DNA of 47,667 bases from a virus (Duplodnaviria; Caudoviricetes), in IMG/VR virus record IMGVR_UViG_3300049166_000010, positions 1 through 47,667 of that record; one strand, given 5' to 3'. Position numbers and translations under genes: made by a program. Positions 1-8,545 of the stretch are shown in pieces (within the stretch, counting starts at the first letter, position 1; the number at the start of each line of letters is the position of its first letter). The notes beneath the pieces were generated by a model. The model was not told the DNA's origin. It made no database searches and saw only the letters and a program-made list of their open reading frames with translations.

Positions 1-127
1 GGTTGCCAGTGGGTTACATTCTGGTTCTGCAAGACCGGGTAGGAAACCTTCTCAGCCTTTGGCACCCAATTCCCACTTTCCCCACTGGCAACCCATCTGG
101 CTTGATAAATACCGCCGTCATACTTGG
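1..127. repeat. 127-bp direct repeat identical to 47541-47667 (circular assembly overlap)
   Basis: Base-for-base identity; 127 is a common de Bruijn k-mer size; the repeat lies inside a gene. Confidence 0.95.
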
Positions 128-206
128 AGCGGACGAGTATCCACGGTCCGTTTGCTTTCCCTACGGGGTTTAATGGCGCGCTGCCAATGTCCTGCCATTC
201 ACCCAT
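1..206 (-). CDS. DUF551-like phage protein, 5' part (76 aa, continues across the origin to 47516)
   Basis: Own translation MGEWQDIGSAP...NVTHWQPLPTPPAA has the WQxIxxAP and THWQPLP motifs; ATG overlaps the upstream stop (TGATG). Confidence 0.85.
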   Translation of the reverse strand, partial: MGEWQDIGSAPLNPVGKANGPWILVRSKYDGGIYQARWVASGESGNWVPKAEKVSYPVLQNQNVTHWQ

Positions 207-706
207 CACGCCGCTGCCTTCTTGCTACGCAGCGCCTTGGTCATCGGGTGATCTTCTTCCTGCGCCGCTGGCTCCGTCACTGTGCCGTCTGGCTCATCGA
301 GGGCAGGGCGCTCAGCCTGGGCGTCATCCTGGTCGGCAGGCGTGGCCGTTGACGTGTTCGCGTCTGCTGGGTCAGCCAGACCTGTCGTGTAGTCCGCGCT
401 GTTGTATGGCTTGAGGCCTGCCCGTTCCAGTTGCTCTGGCGTCAGTCCGGGCTGAGCGCGCGCGTATTCAAGAGCCTCGGTCATCCCCTCTATAATCTTC
501 TGGCCTGCACTTGGCTCATCAATCCGGCGCGTTTTGCTGTCGGTCTGGACGGCCTCGATCTTCGCTGCTCCTAGCAACGGAGCGTAGTCGCCGGACGCGT
601 GGGCGGTTTTCACCAGTGTCAGGGACGCAAGCTGCTCGTCCAGCGTCTTGCCGGTTGGAAGCCATGCCTTGATGGTGATTGCGATGCCTTGTTGATTAGT
701 TGCCAT
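206..706 (-). CDS. Hypothetical phage protein with acidic low-complexity C-terminus
   Basis: ORF track 206..826; start moved to ATG 706 (MATNQQG) behind an AGGAG RBS. Confidence 0.75.
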   Translation of the reverse strand: MATNQQGIAITIKAWLPTGKTLDEQLASLTLVKTAHASGDYAPLLGAAKIEAVQTDSKTRRIDEPSAGQKIIEGMTEALEYARAQPGLTPEQLERAGLKPYNSADYTTGLADPADANTSTATPADQDDAQAERPALDEPDGTVTEPAAQEEDHPMTKALRSKKAAA

Positions 707-728
707 GGGTATTCTCCTGTGATGGGTT

Positions 729-1322
729 TCAGTCGGGCCAGTTGGTGGGATTGTCTGCGGGGATGCTGACCCCGGCAGTGTAGCGCTCTGATGGTCTGGG
801 CGGCGTGAGTGCGATCTCGCCGGCAATCGCGATGTACGTTGCGGCGTCTACGTATGTGTCCTGCTTGGGTGCCCCGGTCGCGATCCTGGCGAGTTTCGTC
901 AGGGCCATGTCGATTGCCTCCAGTTCTGCCGGCGAAATCGGTCGTGCTATGTACTCGCGGAACGTTGCTTTCAGAGCGCCGGCTGCGGCCATGTTGACAG
1001 CAGGCGGGCCATACTCCTGATCGCGGGCGCCGTGGGTTAGCCGTGCGCCTTCGTGCAGGATCTGCACGCGTAGCGGCGTGGTCTCCTTGATGTGTAGTTC
1101 CTGGAGGAGTTCAGTCACTGTTGCGGGCGTTGGGGAAACCACATCGGTCTCGGCGGCAGAGATGACTTCCCAATCGCTCACCTTCCCCCATAACGCACGC
1201 CCGCTTTTTGATACGGTCCAAACCTTCCCATCAGGGTCGATTTGGGTGACTTCCGTTTCAAAGCCGTAAGGGTAGTCTTCCCATGCGCTGCCGATACGCC
1301 GAACCCGATCACCTACCTTCAT
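729..1322 (-). CDS. Phage protein with C-terminal DUF6378-like all-alpha domain
   Basis: ILHEGARLTHGARDQEYGPP...LTKLARIATG...DTYVDAATYIAIAGE pattern. Confidence 0.7.
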   Translation of the reverse strand: MKVGDRVRRIGSAWEDYPYGFETEVTQIDPDGKVWTVSKSGRALWGKVSDWEVISAAETDVVSPTPATVTELLQELHIKETTPLRVQILHEGARLTHGARDQEYGPPAVNMAAAGALKATFREYIARPISPAELEAIDMALTKLARIATGAPKQDTYVDAATYIAIAGEIALTPPRPSERYTAGVSIPADNPTNWPD

Positions 1323-1521
1323 CTCTCAATCCCTTCCGCATCCTCTGCGATGTCGTCTTGATCCGCTCGCGAGCCAGCAGTAGTGCCGCCTCATCGGTGT
1401 TCTTGGTATCGGTGGCGATCTGGGTCAGCTCAGTTCCTAACCCGGTGAGTTCGCCTGCCACGTCCTTGAGTTCGTCGCGGTCGGCAATCCGCGCCTCGAT
1501 CCGGTGAAAGCCTGCTGTCAT
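1309..1521 (-). CDS. Hypothetical protein
   Basis: 70-aa ORF overlapping both neighbours in the leftward operon. Confidence 0.7.
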   Translation of the reverse strand: MTAGFHRIEARIADRDELKDVAGELTGLGTELTQIATDTKNTDEAALLLARERIKTTSQRMRKGLRDEGR

Positions 1522-2456
1522 ATGTCATCGTCCTCCTGCTGGGTGTATTGAACGTCGCCGGGGAACTCGTCGCCGGTATAGTCTGCATCGATCACCTCGC
1601 CCTGGCTGTCTGCCTCGGGCTGCGTCGGGGTGATGTCGCGTAGAGCCTCGGCTGCGGCGCCGCGCCTCTTGCCTGCCGGTTGGGCTGGCTGCACTGGTTC
1701 GGCGTCGAAGTCATAGTCCTGATCGATCTGCTCGGCTGCGCTGGCGAACTTGCCAATCGCATCGGAGGAACGCGGGATGTACTTCGTGATCCTGCGAATA
1801 GCAGTTTTGCGCCACCACTCCGCGAAGTTTTTCCCGCTGCTGGGTTGGTACTGGTATCCGTTGGAGCCCTGCGCGCCGATGGCGAGAACTGCCTTGGCCC
1901 GCATGACTTCCCGGATCACCGTGCCATCCTTGAGTTTCACAATGGCATAGACGGCGATCGGATCACCCTGATCCTGATCGATAGGTGCAGGCTCATGTTC
2001 GATACGCTCATTGTCGCCAAGGGCGTACAAGAACTTATCGTTTTTATAGACCACCTGCGCCGTGATGCTGCTGATCTCGCCGGAGTTCCGTGCGAGCTTC
2101 ATCAGGCCCTGTACCATAGGCTGGTAGGTGGCCTGCTTCTCCCAGCGGTCGGGGTTCTTGCTGACCTTGACGTTCCGTACGATGAGCGCGGCTTCGCGGC
2201 CATCCAGGATCAAGCCATCGTTTGCGGCCTTCATGCAGGAAGCGAACAGTGAGCGCGGGGTGCATTCCAGCAAGTCTGGCTGTAGCTGGATCGCCGTGTG
2301 AACGTTCCGAATGAACGCGTCTGGCGTGATGTTGACCGGCAAAGTCTTGGCGAACTCGGGGCGCAGCTCATCGATCTGCTGGCGAACCGACTTCTGCGGC
2401 GCGGCGACTGCTTGGCTCTGCGCCTTCGTGTTGGCGACGGCTATACTAGCGGCCAT
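1518..2456 (-). CDS. recT: RecT-family single-strand annealing protein
   Basis: LLECTPRSLFASCMKAANDGL, YQPMVQGLMKLARNSG, EWWRKTAIRRITKYIP; acidic tail. Confidence 0.93.
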   Translation of the reverse strand: MAASIAVANTKAQSQAVAAPQKSVRQQIDELRPEFAKTLPVNITPDAFIRNVHTAIQLQPDLLECTPRSLFASCMKAANDGLILDGREAALIVRNVKVSKNPDRWEKQATYQPMVQGLMKLARNSGEISSITAQVVYKNDKFLYALGDNERIEHEPAPIDQDQGDPIAVYAIVKLKDGTVIREVMRAKAVLAIGAQGSNGYQYQPSSGKNFAEWWRKTAIRRITKYIPRSSDAIGKFASAAEQIDQDYDFDAEPVQPAQPAGKRRGAAAEALRDITPTQPEADSQGEVIDADYTGDEFPGDVQYTQQEDDDI

Positions 2457-2622
2457 TGATTATCTCCTTGAGGACGGCAACGGCGCGGGTTTTGAGGGCG
2501 CCAGATGAATTGCGAGCGACGTGCCAGAGGGTGGGTTTGACTTGTCGCTGGTTGCGATCTGGAGCGCGATGAAGCCGACAGGCGCTCCAGTACATAAGCG
2601 TGAGTTCACGTAGAGGTCTCAA
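2446..2622 (-). CDS. Small hypothetical protein (58 aa, TTG start)
   Basis: Open frame fills the gap; GGAGG RBS; TTGA overlap with the upstream stop. Confidence 0.5.
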   Translation of the reverse strand: MRPLRELTLMYWSACRLHRAPDRNQRQVKPTLWHVARNSSGALKTRAVAVLKEIINGR

Positions 2623-2900
2623 GCCGCCTCCTGTGGGTCTGGGCGGCGAGTGAGCGTCAGAGCCTCCCGCAGAATGTCGCGCATTTTCTTGCCTTCATTA
2701 AAGGTGGAAACCCACATCTCGGCACGCTCGCAAGCATCGGTCAAAATCTCGATCCGCTTGTCCTGATCGATTTGTCTCTCGATGTTCGCAATCTCATGGT
2801 GAGCCCACCAATCCTTGCCATGCTCCTTCGCCTTCTTGATGGCGTCGAAAAACGCTGCGGCCTTCTCGATCTGCTCTGCGGTTGGTGCGTCGATATCCAT
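2619..2900 (-). CDS. Hypothetical protein
   Basis: 93-aa ORF, GGAGG RBS, abuts the exonuclease stop. Confidence 0.7.
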   Translation of the reverse strand: MDIDAPTAEQIEKAAAFFDAIKKAKEHGKDWWAHHEIANIERQIDQDKRIEILTDACERAEMWVSTFNEGKKMRDILREALTLTRRPDPQEAA

Positions 2901-3752
2901 CTACGCCGCCTCCTGTTCATCGACCGGCGCCTCGGTTTCCCGATACGCCCAACGCTTGAATGATAGTTCCTGCACGCCTGAACCATATGCGGGCCAGTGG
3001 TTCTTGGCCTCGCACTCGGCGTACAGATCTAAGGTTTTGCGCATGGCAACTCGCCCCTCCTCGACAATGGATGGCGGCAGTTCGTAAACCGCGAACGCAA
3101 AGGGCGCTTTCTTCTCGACCACCAGGAAGCAGAACGCCTCGATCGAGCCGCCTGCATCCCTGAACGTGTCGGTGTAAAAAGCCTCTTGTGCGTGGTAGCC
3201 GTAGTTCGTCACAGCCCGCGCGAAGTCGTCGGGGTGTGCGCTGAGTGCCGACTTGACATCGAGCATGACGCCAAGGTCGGCACGGTGAAGGTCAGGCCGA
3301 CAGCGCCGCATGACTCCAGTGGCCGGGTCAGCAGCGTAGGCAGAGTGTTCGACCATCGGTTTGCCGCCAGTGATTATCGCATTGACCCAAGCGTCCGCAT
3401 GAACTGCGTCCCGCACGGTCAAAGCCGCCTCGTAATCACCAGCGGTCAGTAATAAGCGGCCTGAATTCGCAGCCTCTGCCACGGCATCAGTCCATTTGTT
3501 GCCGCGTCGATCTGCTGGCCCCTTCAAGACCGAACCCTCGAACTTGTTTGGCTCAAGGATTGCGGTGTGGATGGCCGTGCCCAGATCGAACGTAGGGTTG
3601 TCCTCGCGCTCGCCAAAACGATAGTGAGCTGGGGACTTGGTGTAGATCGTCCAAAGTCCACTCTTACTAATGCCAGGGCCAGCATGGTAATCTGCGTTTG
3701 AGATGTCGGGGTAAATGCCCGGTTCTAAGGTGACGTTCGTAATCGCGTTCAT
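2901..3752 (-). CDS. recE: RecE/exonuclease VIII-like PD-(D/E)XK nuclease (DUF3799)
   Basis: PGIYPDISNADYHA, ISKSGL, GTAIHTAILEP, RCRPD, LDVKS, YHAQEAFY; same operon as recT. Confidence 0.9.
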   Translation of the reverse strand: MNAITNVTLEPGIYPDISNADYHAGPGISKSGLWTIYTKSPAHYRFGEREDNPTFDLGTAIHTAILEPNKFEGSVLKGPADRRGNKWTDAVAEAANSGRLLLTAGDYEAALTVRDAVHADAWVNAIITGGKPMVEHSAYAADPATGVMRRCRPDLHRADLGVMLDVKSALSAHPDDFARAVTNYGYHAQEAFYTDTFRDAGGSIEAFCFLVVEKKAPFAFAVYELPPSIVEEGRVAMRKTLDLYAECEAKNHWPAYGSGVQELSFKRWAYRETEAPVDEQEAA

Positions 3753-3763
3753 CGTAAGCTCCT

Positions 3764-3839
3764 GTTGCGATAATCACAACATCGCTGATTTGCGATGTGA
3801 ATGTCAACACTGGATTTCTGAATTTGTGGATTTCACAAT
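3764..3839 (-). promoter_or_regulatory. Leftward promoter (TTGACA at 3807-3802) flanked by two operator palindromes (3764-3780, 3823-3839)
   Basis: GTTGCG-ATAAT-CACAAC and TTTGTG-GATTT-CACAAT upstream of recE. Confidence 0.8.
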
Positions 3840-3881
3840 ACCGTCGCCAAGCGGATCAGGCCATGCGGCCCGCTCAACGCC

Positions 3882-4499
3882 TCAGGGGATGACGGCTAAA
3901 ACCTTGGATGCGCCTTCGATCTGAACGGTCTGGACTTCGCCATCTGCCGTTCGTATCCGCGCTTCACCGGTTTTCTTCACGCTCTCAACGTGGCCCATGA
4001 TCTGCACGCCATCGCGCAGCTTCGCAATTGATAGCACGCCCATTGCTGGGGGCGCGGTGCCGAAGTCCTCGTAGAGAACCAGTGCATCATCCCAGATTGC
4101 CAGTGCGCCCTTTGGTGCGCGGATCAGTGCGGCGTTGACCTGGGATTGGCGGTCATACGGCACTGCCTCGCGGGCTCGGTTAATCAGGTCGGCAGATAGC
4201 TCCACCGGCTCTGTGTGGATCAGCTTGCCATCAGGCCCGACGAACTGCGTTGCCATCATGGGCTTGGCTGTCTTGTCATTCACCGGCAACCCAGCATGTT
4301 TCAGCACGTCCTCGACCGTCACGCCGAGGAACCTGGCGATCTTGGGAACTTCCTCGAACTTCATCTTGCGGGTGCCGTTGAACAGCCTGCTCGATTGCGA
4401 GCCTGCTATTCCTAGATGGGCACCAAGGGCGTTCTGCGATTTACCCACCCTCGCAAGCTGCTGGCGAAACCAATCCCCGTCAACTTTGTCTTGTGTCAT
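3882..4499 (-). CDS. cI: CI-like repressor: XRE HTH plus degenerate S24-like C-terminal domain
   Basis: KSQNALGAHLGIAGSQSSRLFNGTRKMKFEEVPKIARFLG HTH; divergent from a Cro-like gene; ATG 4499 with AGGAG RBS. Confidence 0.85.
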   Translation of the reverse strand: MTQDKVDGDWFRQQLARVGKSQNALGAHLGIAGSQSSRLFNGTRKMKFEEVPKIARFLGVTVEDVLKHAGLPVNDKTAKPMMATQFVGPDGKLIHTEPVELSADLINRAREAVPYDRQSQVNAALIRAPKGALAIWDDALVLYEDFGTAPPAMGVLSIAKLRDGVQIMGHVESVKKTGEARIRTADGEVQTVQIEGASKVLAVIP

Positions 4500-4532
4500 G
4501 TGCGCTCCTGTCCATTTCACGCGGCGCGAGTT

Positions 4533-4636
4533 GTTGCGCTTTTTACAACAGATGACAATAGACTTACGATCATTGGGTAAAACGTGATGGCCGTTGACGT
4601 TGGCGGGAGTGTTGTGTACGTTGTGAATATCACATT
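4533..4636. promoter_or_regulatory. Immunity switch region: operators 4533-4549 and 4620-4636; rightward promoter TTGACG(4594)-N17-TACGTT(4617)
   Basis: GTTGCG-CTTTT-TACAAC and GTTGTG-AATAT-CACATT between the divergent HTH genes. Confidence 0.8.
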
Positions 4637-4653
4637 GATTTGGGATATCAGCA

Positions 4654-4887
4654 GTGGCGTACCGACCCGAAAAGCATCGTACTCCCTGGCAGAAAGTAGT
4701 CGACAAGTTCGGCTTATCGCCTGCGCGATTGGCCCGCGAGATTGGCCGCGACCGTTCCAAGATCACCCGGCACATCAACGACGAAAAGGGTCTGGTGTCC
4801 GGTCGAGATCAGGAATTGCTGCTCGCTGTAGCCAAGGCGCTTGAGGTCGAGCTGCGGCCCGAGGATCTGACACCGGAGGTTAAGTGA
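4654..4887 (+). CDS. cro: Cro-like HTH regulator
   Basis: 77 aa, FGLSPARLAREIGRDRSKITR HTH, first gene of the rightward operon. Confidence 0.8.
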   Translation: MAYRPEKHRTPWQKVVDKFGLSPARLAREIGRDRSKITRHINDEKGLVSGRDQELLLAVAKALEVELRPEDLTPEVK

Positions 4888-5183
4888 TGGCAGCATGGGC
4901 GCGTGTTGGCATGGAATGCGTGTGTGTGGACGACTTCATTCAGACCCGCCCTGACCTTCCTTTAGAAGATTTCATTTACGGATTGTCGGTGACTGACCCT
5001 AGCAAGGGGGAAGTGTGCCGAATTGAGGGTATCTCCTATGACCTAGGGACGGTGTTCCTAGACATTGAGGGTTACGAGTGGCGGTACGAAATCTGCCATT
5101 TCCGCCCCCTTAACCCCAGTACCCAAGAACAAGACCTCGCGATCTTCCGGCCTCTGCTCGTCACCGATGAGGTGCCAGCATGA
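4884..5183 (+). CDS. Hypothetical protein
   Basis: Coupled ORF with GGAGG RBS. Confidence 0.7.
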   Translation: MMAAWARVGMECVCVDDFIQTRPDLPLEDFIYGLSVTDPSKGEVCRIEGISYDLGTVFLDIEGYEWRYEICHFRPLNPSTQEQDLAIFRPLLVTDEVPA

Positions 5184-5389
5184 CCCGCGAACCGATGTCG
5201 ATCCAGCAGCAGGCCGAGTTCGTGGAGATGTTATACAAGCGCACGATCATGTCGGACGGCACACGCTCGACCGAGGCTCTGTTAGTTCTCGATCCCGACG
5301 ACGCCGACGATCTGCTTGCTTTAGCCAAACGACTATACCGGATTGCGCCTTATGAAGATGCGGTGCGCGACCTGGTGACGCGCAAGTGA
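5180..5389 (+). CDS. Hypothetical protein
   Basis: ATGA-coupled 69-aa ORF. Confidence 0.7.
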   Translation: MTREPMSIQQQAEFVEMLYKRTIMSDGTRSTEALLVLDPDDADDLLALAKRLYRIAPYEDAVRDLVTRK

Positions 5390-5556
5390 GCGTCCAGGAA
5401 CACTACGTTGCCGGGTGTTTCGGCAAGGAAACACTGACCCGCGAGCTTGCCCACAAGGTGGCTAAGCGCATGGCGCGTAACCCGATAAAGCGCGGCGTTG
5501 AGCCCTACAAGTGCCCGTTCTGCAAACGCTGGCACGTGGGTAAGCCAAGCCTATGA
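5386..5556 (+). CDS. Small zinc-finger-like protein (56 aa; absent from ORF track)
   Basis: MSVQEHYVAGCFGKE...YKCPFCKRWHVG; GTGA and ATGA overlaps with both neighbours. Confidence 0.75.
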   Translation: MSVQEHYVAGCFGKETLTRELAHKVAKRMARNPIKRGVEPYKCPFCKRWHVGKPSL

Positions 5557-7010
5557 TTACGCTCAGGGAAGATCAGGAGGACGTTCGTGCCAAGCTCCGC
5601 GTTGCCCTGCGCACCCACGGTTCGGTTCTAGCCTATGCGCCGACCGGGTTCGGTAAGACGGTCCTTGCCTCGGCGCTAATCAAACTGATCACAGATGCTG
5701 GCAAACGGGTGATCTTCGCGTGCCATCGGCTCGCGTTGCTTAAGCAGACCGCAGTGACGTTGGAGGGGTTCGGCCTGCCGTACTCGTACATCGCTGCCGG
5801 GTATCACCACAACGTCTATCGCAAGATCAACATCGCCTCGATTGACACCCTCAAGAACCGCCTCGGAAAGCACCCTGCGGAATACCTGTTCATCGATGAG
5901 GCTCACCTGTCCGCGTCGTCTGGCTGGGCTAAGGTTGTTGCTCACTACAAGGCGCAGGGAACCAAGATCATCGGCCTCAGCGGGTCGCCTATCCGTCTCG
6001 ATGGCAAGCCGCTCGGCGCCGTCTGGGACACGATGGTCATGGGGCCGTCAGTGCAGTGGCTGATCGACCAAGGCTTTCTGTCCAAGTTCCGGGCCTTCGC
6101 GCCTGCTGGCATTGATGTCTCGGCGCTGCATACCCGGAATGGCGAATACGTCAGTAGCGAAGTCGAGGACCTGATTGCCGGCAAGGCCGTGATGGCTGGA
6201 GCGGTTCGTCATTGGCGGAACTATGCGGTCGGTAAGAGGACCATAGCGTTCGCACCCTCGATCAAGCGGGCGCAGGAGATGGCCGCTGAGTTCACGGCGA
6301 ACGGGCATGTGTTCGTGGCCCTCGATGCGAACACTCCGCAGGCAGATCGGGACCGCGCGTTCCTCGCCCTGGCTGACCGGCAGATCGACGGACTGGTGAA
6401 CTGCAATCTGTTTTCCGAGGGGTTCGATATGTCCGCACAGGTTGGCCGTGATGTGCCGATCGAATGCGTGCTGGATCTGTACCCCACTCAATCTCTCGCT
6501 CGTCACCTGCAAAAGCACGGGCGTGGCCTGCGCCGGAAACCTGAACCGGCTGTGTTGCTCGATCTGGTTGGTGGTTTCGCTCGTCTGGGTTTGCCCAATG
6601 AGGATCGTGAATGGTCCCTTGAGGGCAAGGCGAACGGCGCAGTGAAAGCCAAACAAGAGGAACGGGTGCGCCAGTGCCCCTCATGCTTCGCAGCTCATGA
6701 CCCGGCGCCTACGTGCCCAGAGTGCGGTCACGTCTACGTCGCTGCTGACCGCAAGATCAATGAGGTGGAGGGCGAGCTTGCCGAGGTCGACCAGGAAGCG
6801 GTGCGGGCAGCACGGAAGCAGCAGGACCAGCAAGCCGCTTGGGCTCTGGCCCGGAAGATCAAAGCCGGCGAGATCGATGACCCCAAGCTCGCAAACGAGG
6901 TCAAGTTCCTGATGAACACGGTGACGGCGAAGAAGTCTAAGCACCCGGCAAAATGGGCTGCGAGGGTTCTGACTGCACGGTTGGCTAAGCGGCAGGGGGC
7001 AGCGGTATGA
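5553..7010 (+). CDS. Superfamily 2 DEAH-box helicase with C-terminal Zn ribbon
   Basis: APTGFGKT, FIDEAH, SGSP, QKHGRGLR, CPSC...CPECG. Confidence 0.92.
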   Translation: MITLREDQEDVRAKLRVALRTHGSVLAYAPTGFGKTVLASALIKLITDAGKRVIFACHRLALLKQTAVTLEGFGLPYSYIAAGYHHNVYRKINIASIDTLKNRLGKHPAEYLFIDEAHLSASSGWAKVVAHYKAQGTKIIGLSGSPIRLDGKPLGAVWDTMVMGPSVQWLIDQGFLSKFRAFAPAGIDVSALHTRNGEYVSSEVEDLIAGKAVMAGAVRHWRNYAVGKRTIAFAPSIKRAQEMAAEFTANGHVFVALDANTPQADRDRAFLALADRQIDGLVNCNLFSEGFDMSAQVGRDVPIECVLDLYPTQSLARHLQKHGRGLRRKPEPAVLLDLVGGFARLGLPNEDREWSLEGKANGAVKAKQEERVRQCPSCFAAHDPAPTCPECGHVYVAADRKINEVEGELAEVDQEAVRAARKQQDQQAAWALARKIKAGEIDDPKLANEVKFLMNTVTAKKSKHPAKWAARVLTARLAKRQGAAV

Positions 7011-7393
7011 ATATGGCGGCAGTGTTACCCAACAAGAACTCAGCCTTACGTGACCAGATCACAAACATCCCATGCCCCTGCTGCGGGCACGCGATCAAGG
7101 CGCCCACGTTCGAGCAGATCGTGCAGCACTACGAGATTTCCCCTCAGTCGGCGCGGCTACTCGATGCAGTCTGGCGGGGCAAGGGCCTGCCGGTTCCGAC
7201 CGAACGAATACTCGATCACATCTGGGCCGATGACCCAGACGGTGGCCCGCCCGAGGCGCGGATGTACCGATATTTTCAATGGTCCTTATGGGATCTCAGG
7301 AAGAAACTGGAGGGATCAGGTGTGGCGGTTGTCAACGCAGGGTATCGCCAAGGGTTCAGGTTAGTAATGGGCGTTGCCCAAGGAGAGAAGTAA
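7007..7393 (+). CDS. Zn-knuckle plus winged-helix (OmpR/PhoB C-terminal-like) DNA-binding protein
   Basis: CPCCG; ERILDHIWADD...LRKKLE...YRQGFRL resembles trans_reg_C. Confidence 0.7.
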   Translation: MNMAAVLPNKNSALRDQITNIPCPCCGHAIKAPTFEQIVQHYEISPQSARLLDAVWRGKGLPVPTERILDHIWADDPDGGPPEARMYRYFQWSLWDLRKKLEGSGVAVVNAGYRQGFRLVMGVAQGEK

Positions 7394-7394
7394 A

Positions 7395-7541
7395 ATGGCA
7401 TGGAAGCGTCTTGCGAAAGCAGCATTACTGCTCGGCTCCTATTTATTTGTTGGGGCTGCATTGGTTGCCCTTTGGTTTGGTGATTACGCGCGGGCAACAT
7501 TCCTGGTTGTGTTCGCGATTTGGATGGCAGGGAAAGAATAA
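7395..7541 (+). CDS. Small two-TM membrane protein (48 aa; absent from ORF track)
   Basis: [48 protein letters not shown]; AGGAG upstream; stop overlaps the ssb ATG. Confidence 0.65.
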   Translation: MAWKRLAKAALLLGSYLFVGAALVALWFGDYARATFLVVFAIWMAGKE

Positions 7542-7978
7542 TGGCCGGCAGTGTGAACAAAGTAATCCTCGTCGGCAATCTCGGCGCCGACCCAGAGGTC
7601 CGCAGCTTACCAAGCGGCGGCAAGGTGGTGAACCTGTCAATCGCCACGTCCGAGCGCTGGAAGGACAAGAACTCAGGCGAGCAGAAGGAGAAAACCGAGT
7701 GGCACCGTGTCGTGATCTTCTCGGAAGGGCTGACGCGCGTTGCTGAGCAGTATCTGAAAAAGGGCTCCAAGGTTTATATCGAGGGGCAGTTGCAGACCCG
7801 TAAGTGGCAGGACCAGTCCGGCGCTGACAAGTATTCCACCGAGATCGTCTTGCAGGGGTTCAACTCGAACCTGACGCTGCTGGACGGAAAGCCGGGTGAG
7901 GGTGGTTCAGCGGATACGGGATCGTCGCGGCCTGGTTCGAACCGGCAGGCAGCGGCTGATGACACGATCCCCTTCTGA
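7541..7978 (+). CDS. ssb: Single-stranded DNA-binding protein (alphaproteobacterial type)
   Basis: [21 protein letters not shown]...EWHRVVIF...LQTRKW; DDTIPF tail. Confidence 0.97.
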   Translation: MAGSVNKVILVGNLGADPEVRSLPSGGKVVNLSIATSERWKDKNSGEQKEKTEWHRVVIFSEGLTRVAEQYLKKGSKVYIEGQLQTRKWQDQSGADKYSTEIVLQGFNSNLTLLDGKPGEGGSADTGSSRPGSNRQAAADDTIPF

Positions 7979-8457
7979 TGCAAGAAACTGACATCATGCG
8001 CCGGCTGATGAAACTCGCGACCAATCTCGGGTCGCGGGTATTCCGCGTGAATACCGGACAGGCGTGGGTCGGCACTGAGCGGCGCAATAGGGACGGCTCG
8101 ATCACGCTGTCAAACCCTCGGCCTGTTCACATGGGGCTCGTCAAGGGCGGCTCCGATCTGATTGGGTTTACCCCCATCACCATCACGCAGGACATGGTGG
8201 GCAATCGCCTGGCGGTGTTCACAGCGGTCGAGGTGAAAACTCCATCGGGCCGACCGACTGCCGAGCAGCGCCAGTTCATCGAGGTTGTGCAGCGGGCGGG
8301 CGGTTATGCGGGGATCGCGCGAAACGATGAGGACTTGACCATGATCTTGTGTCCTGACCTTTCTCGCGCGCAAGGTGTTGACAAAATCACAGCACTGCGC
8401 AATGGTGAGGACGTTCGTTCCTCCAGCGATCATTCCTCCCGGAAAAACCTGACTTGA
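7978..8457 (+). CDS. VRR-NUC domain nuclease
   Basis: FRVNTG, GGSDLIG, AVEVKTPSGRPTAEQRQFIEVVQRAGG. Confidence 0.9.
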   Translation: MQETDIMRRLMKLATNLGSRVFRVNTGQAWVGTERRNRDGSITLSNPRPVHMGLVKGGSDLIGFTPITITQDMVGNRLAVFTAVEVKTPSGRPTAEQRQFIEVVQRAGGYAGIARNDEDLTMILCPDLSRAQGVDKITALRNGEDVRSSSDHSSRKNLT

Positions 8458-8483
8458 CCGGCCCCTGCGGGGTCGGTTTTTTA
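8413..8483 (+). ncRNA. Candidate small RNA with two UUCCUCC anti-Shine-Dalgarno motifs
   Basis: TTGACA(8378)-N17-AATGGT promoter; TTCCTCCA and TTCCTCCC motifs; intrinsic terminator. Confidence 0.55.
8456..8483 (+). terminator. Rho-independent terminator
   Basis: GACCGGCCCC-TGC-GGGGTCGGTT running into a T tract. Confidence 0.85.
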
Positions 8484-8504
8484 TTGCGTTCTTGCGCGAA
8501 TAGT

Positions 8505-8521
8505 GTTGTGATAACCACAAC
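8505..8521. promoter_or_regulatory. Operator palindrome upstream of the methyltransferase/primase operon
   Basis: GTTGTG-ATAAC-CACAAC, perfect arms. Confidence 0.85.
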
Positions 8522-8545
8522 GATAACAATGGCTCGGGGTAGGGG

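Noticed and set aside
1-93. 13-bp inverted repeat (GGTTGCCAGTGGG/CCCACTGGCAACC) with an inner stem-loop, tRNA-like at first sight
   Set aside because: No T-loop or D-loop consensus, and it lies within the DUF551-like coding sequence; a structural role is not excluded but is unsupported
4500-4778. N-terminal extension of the repressor in the ORF track
   Set aside because: Overlaps the cro-like gene and operators; ATG 4499 has the RBS and directly precedes the HTH
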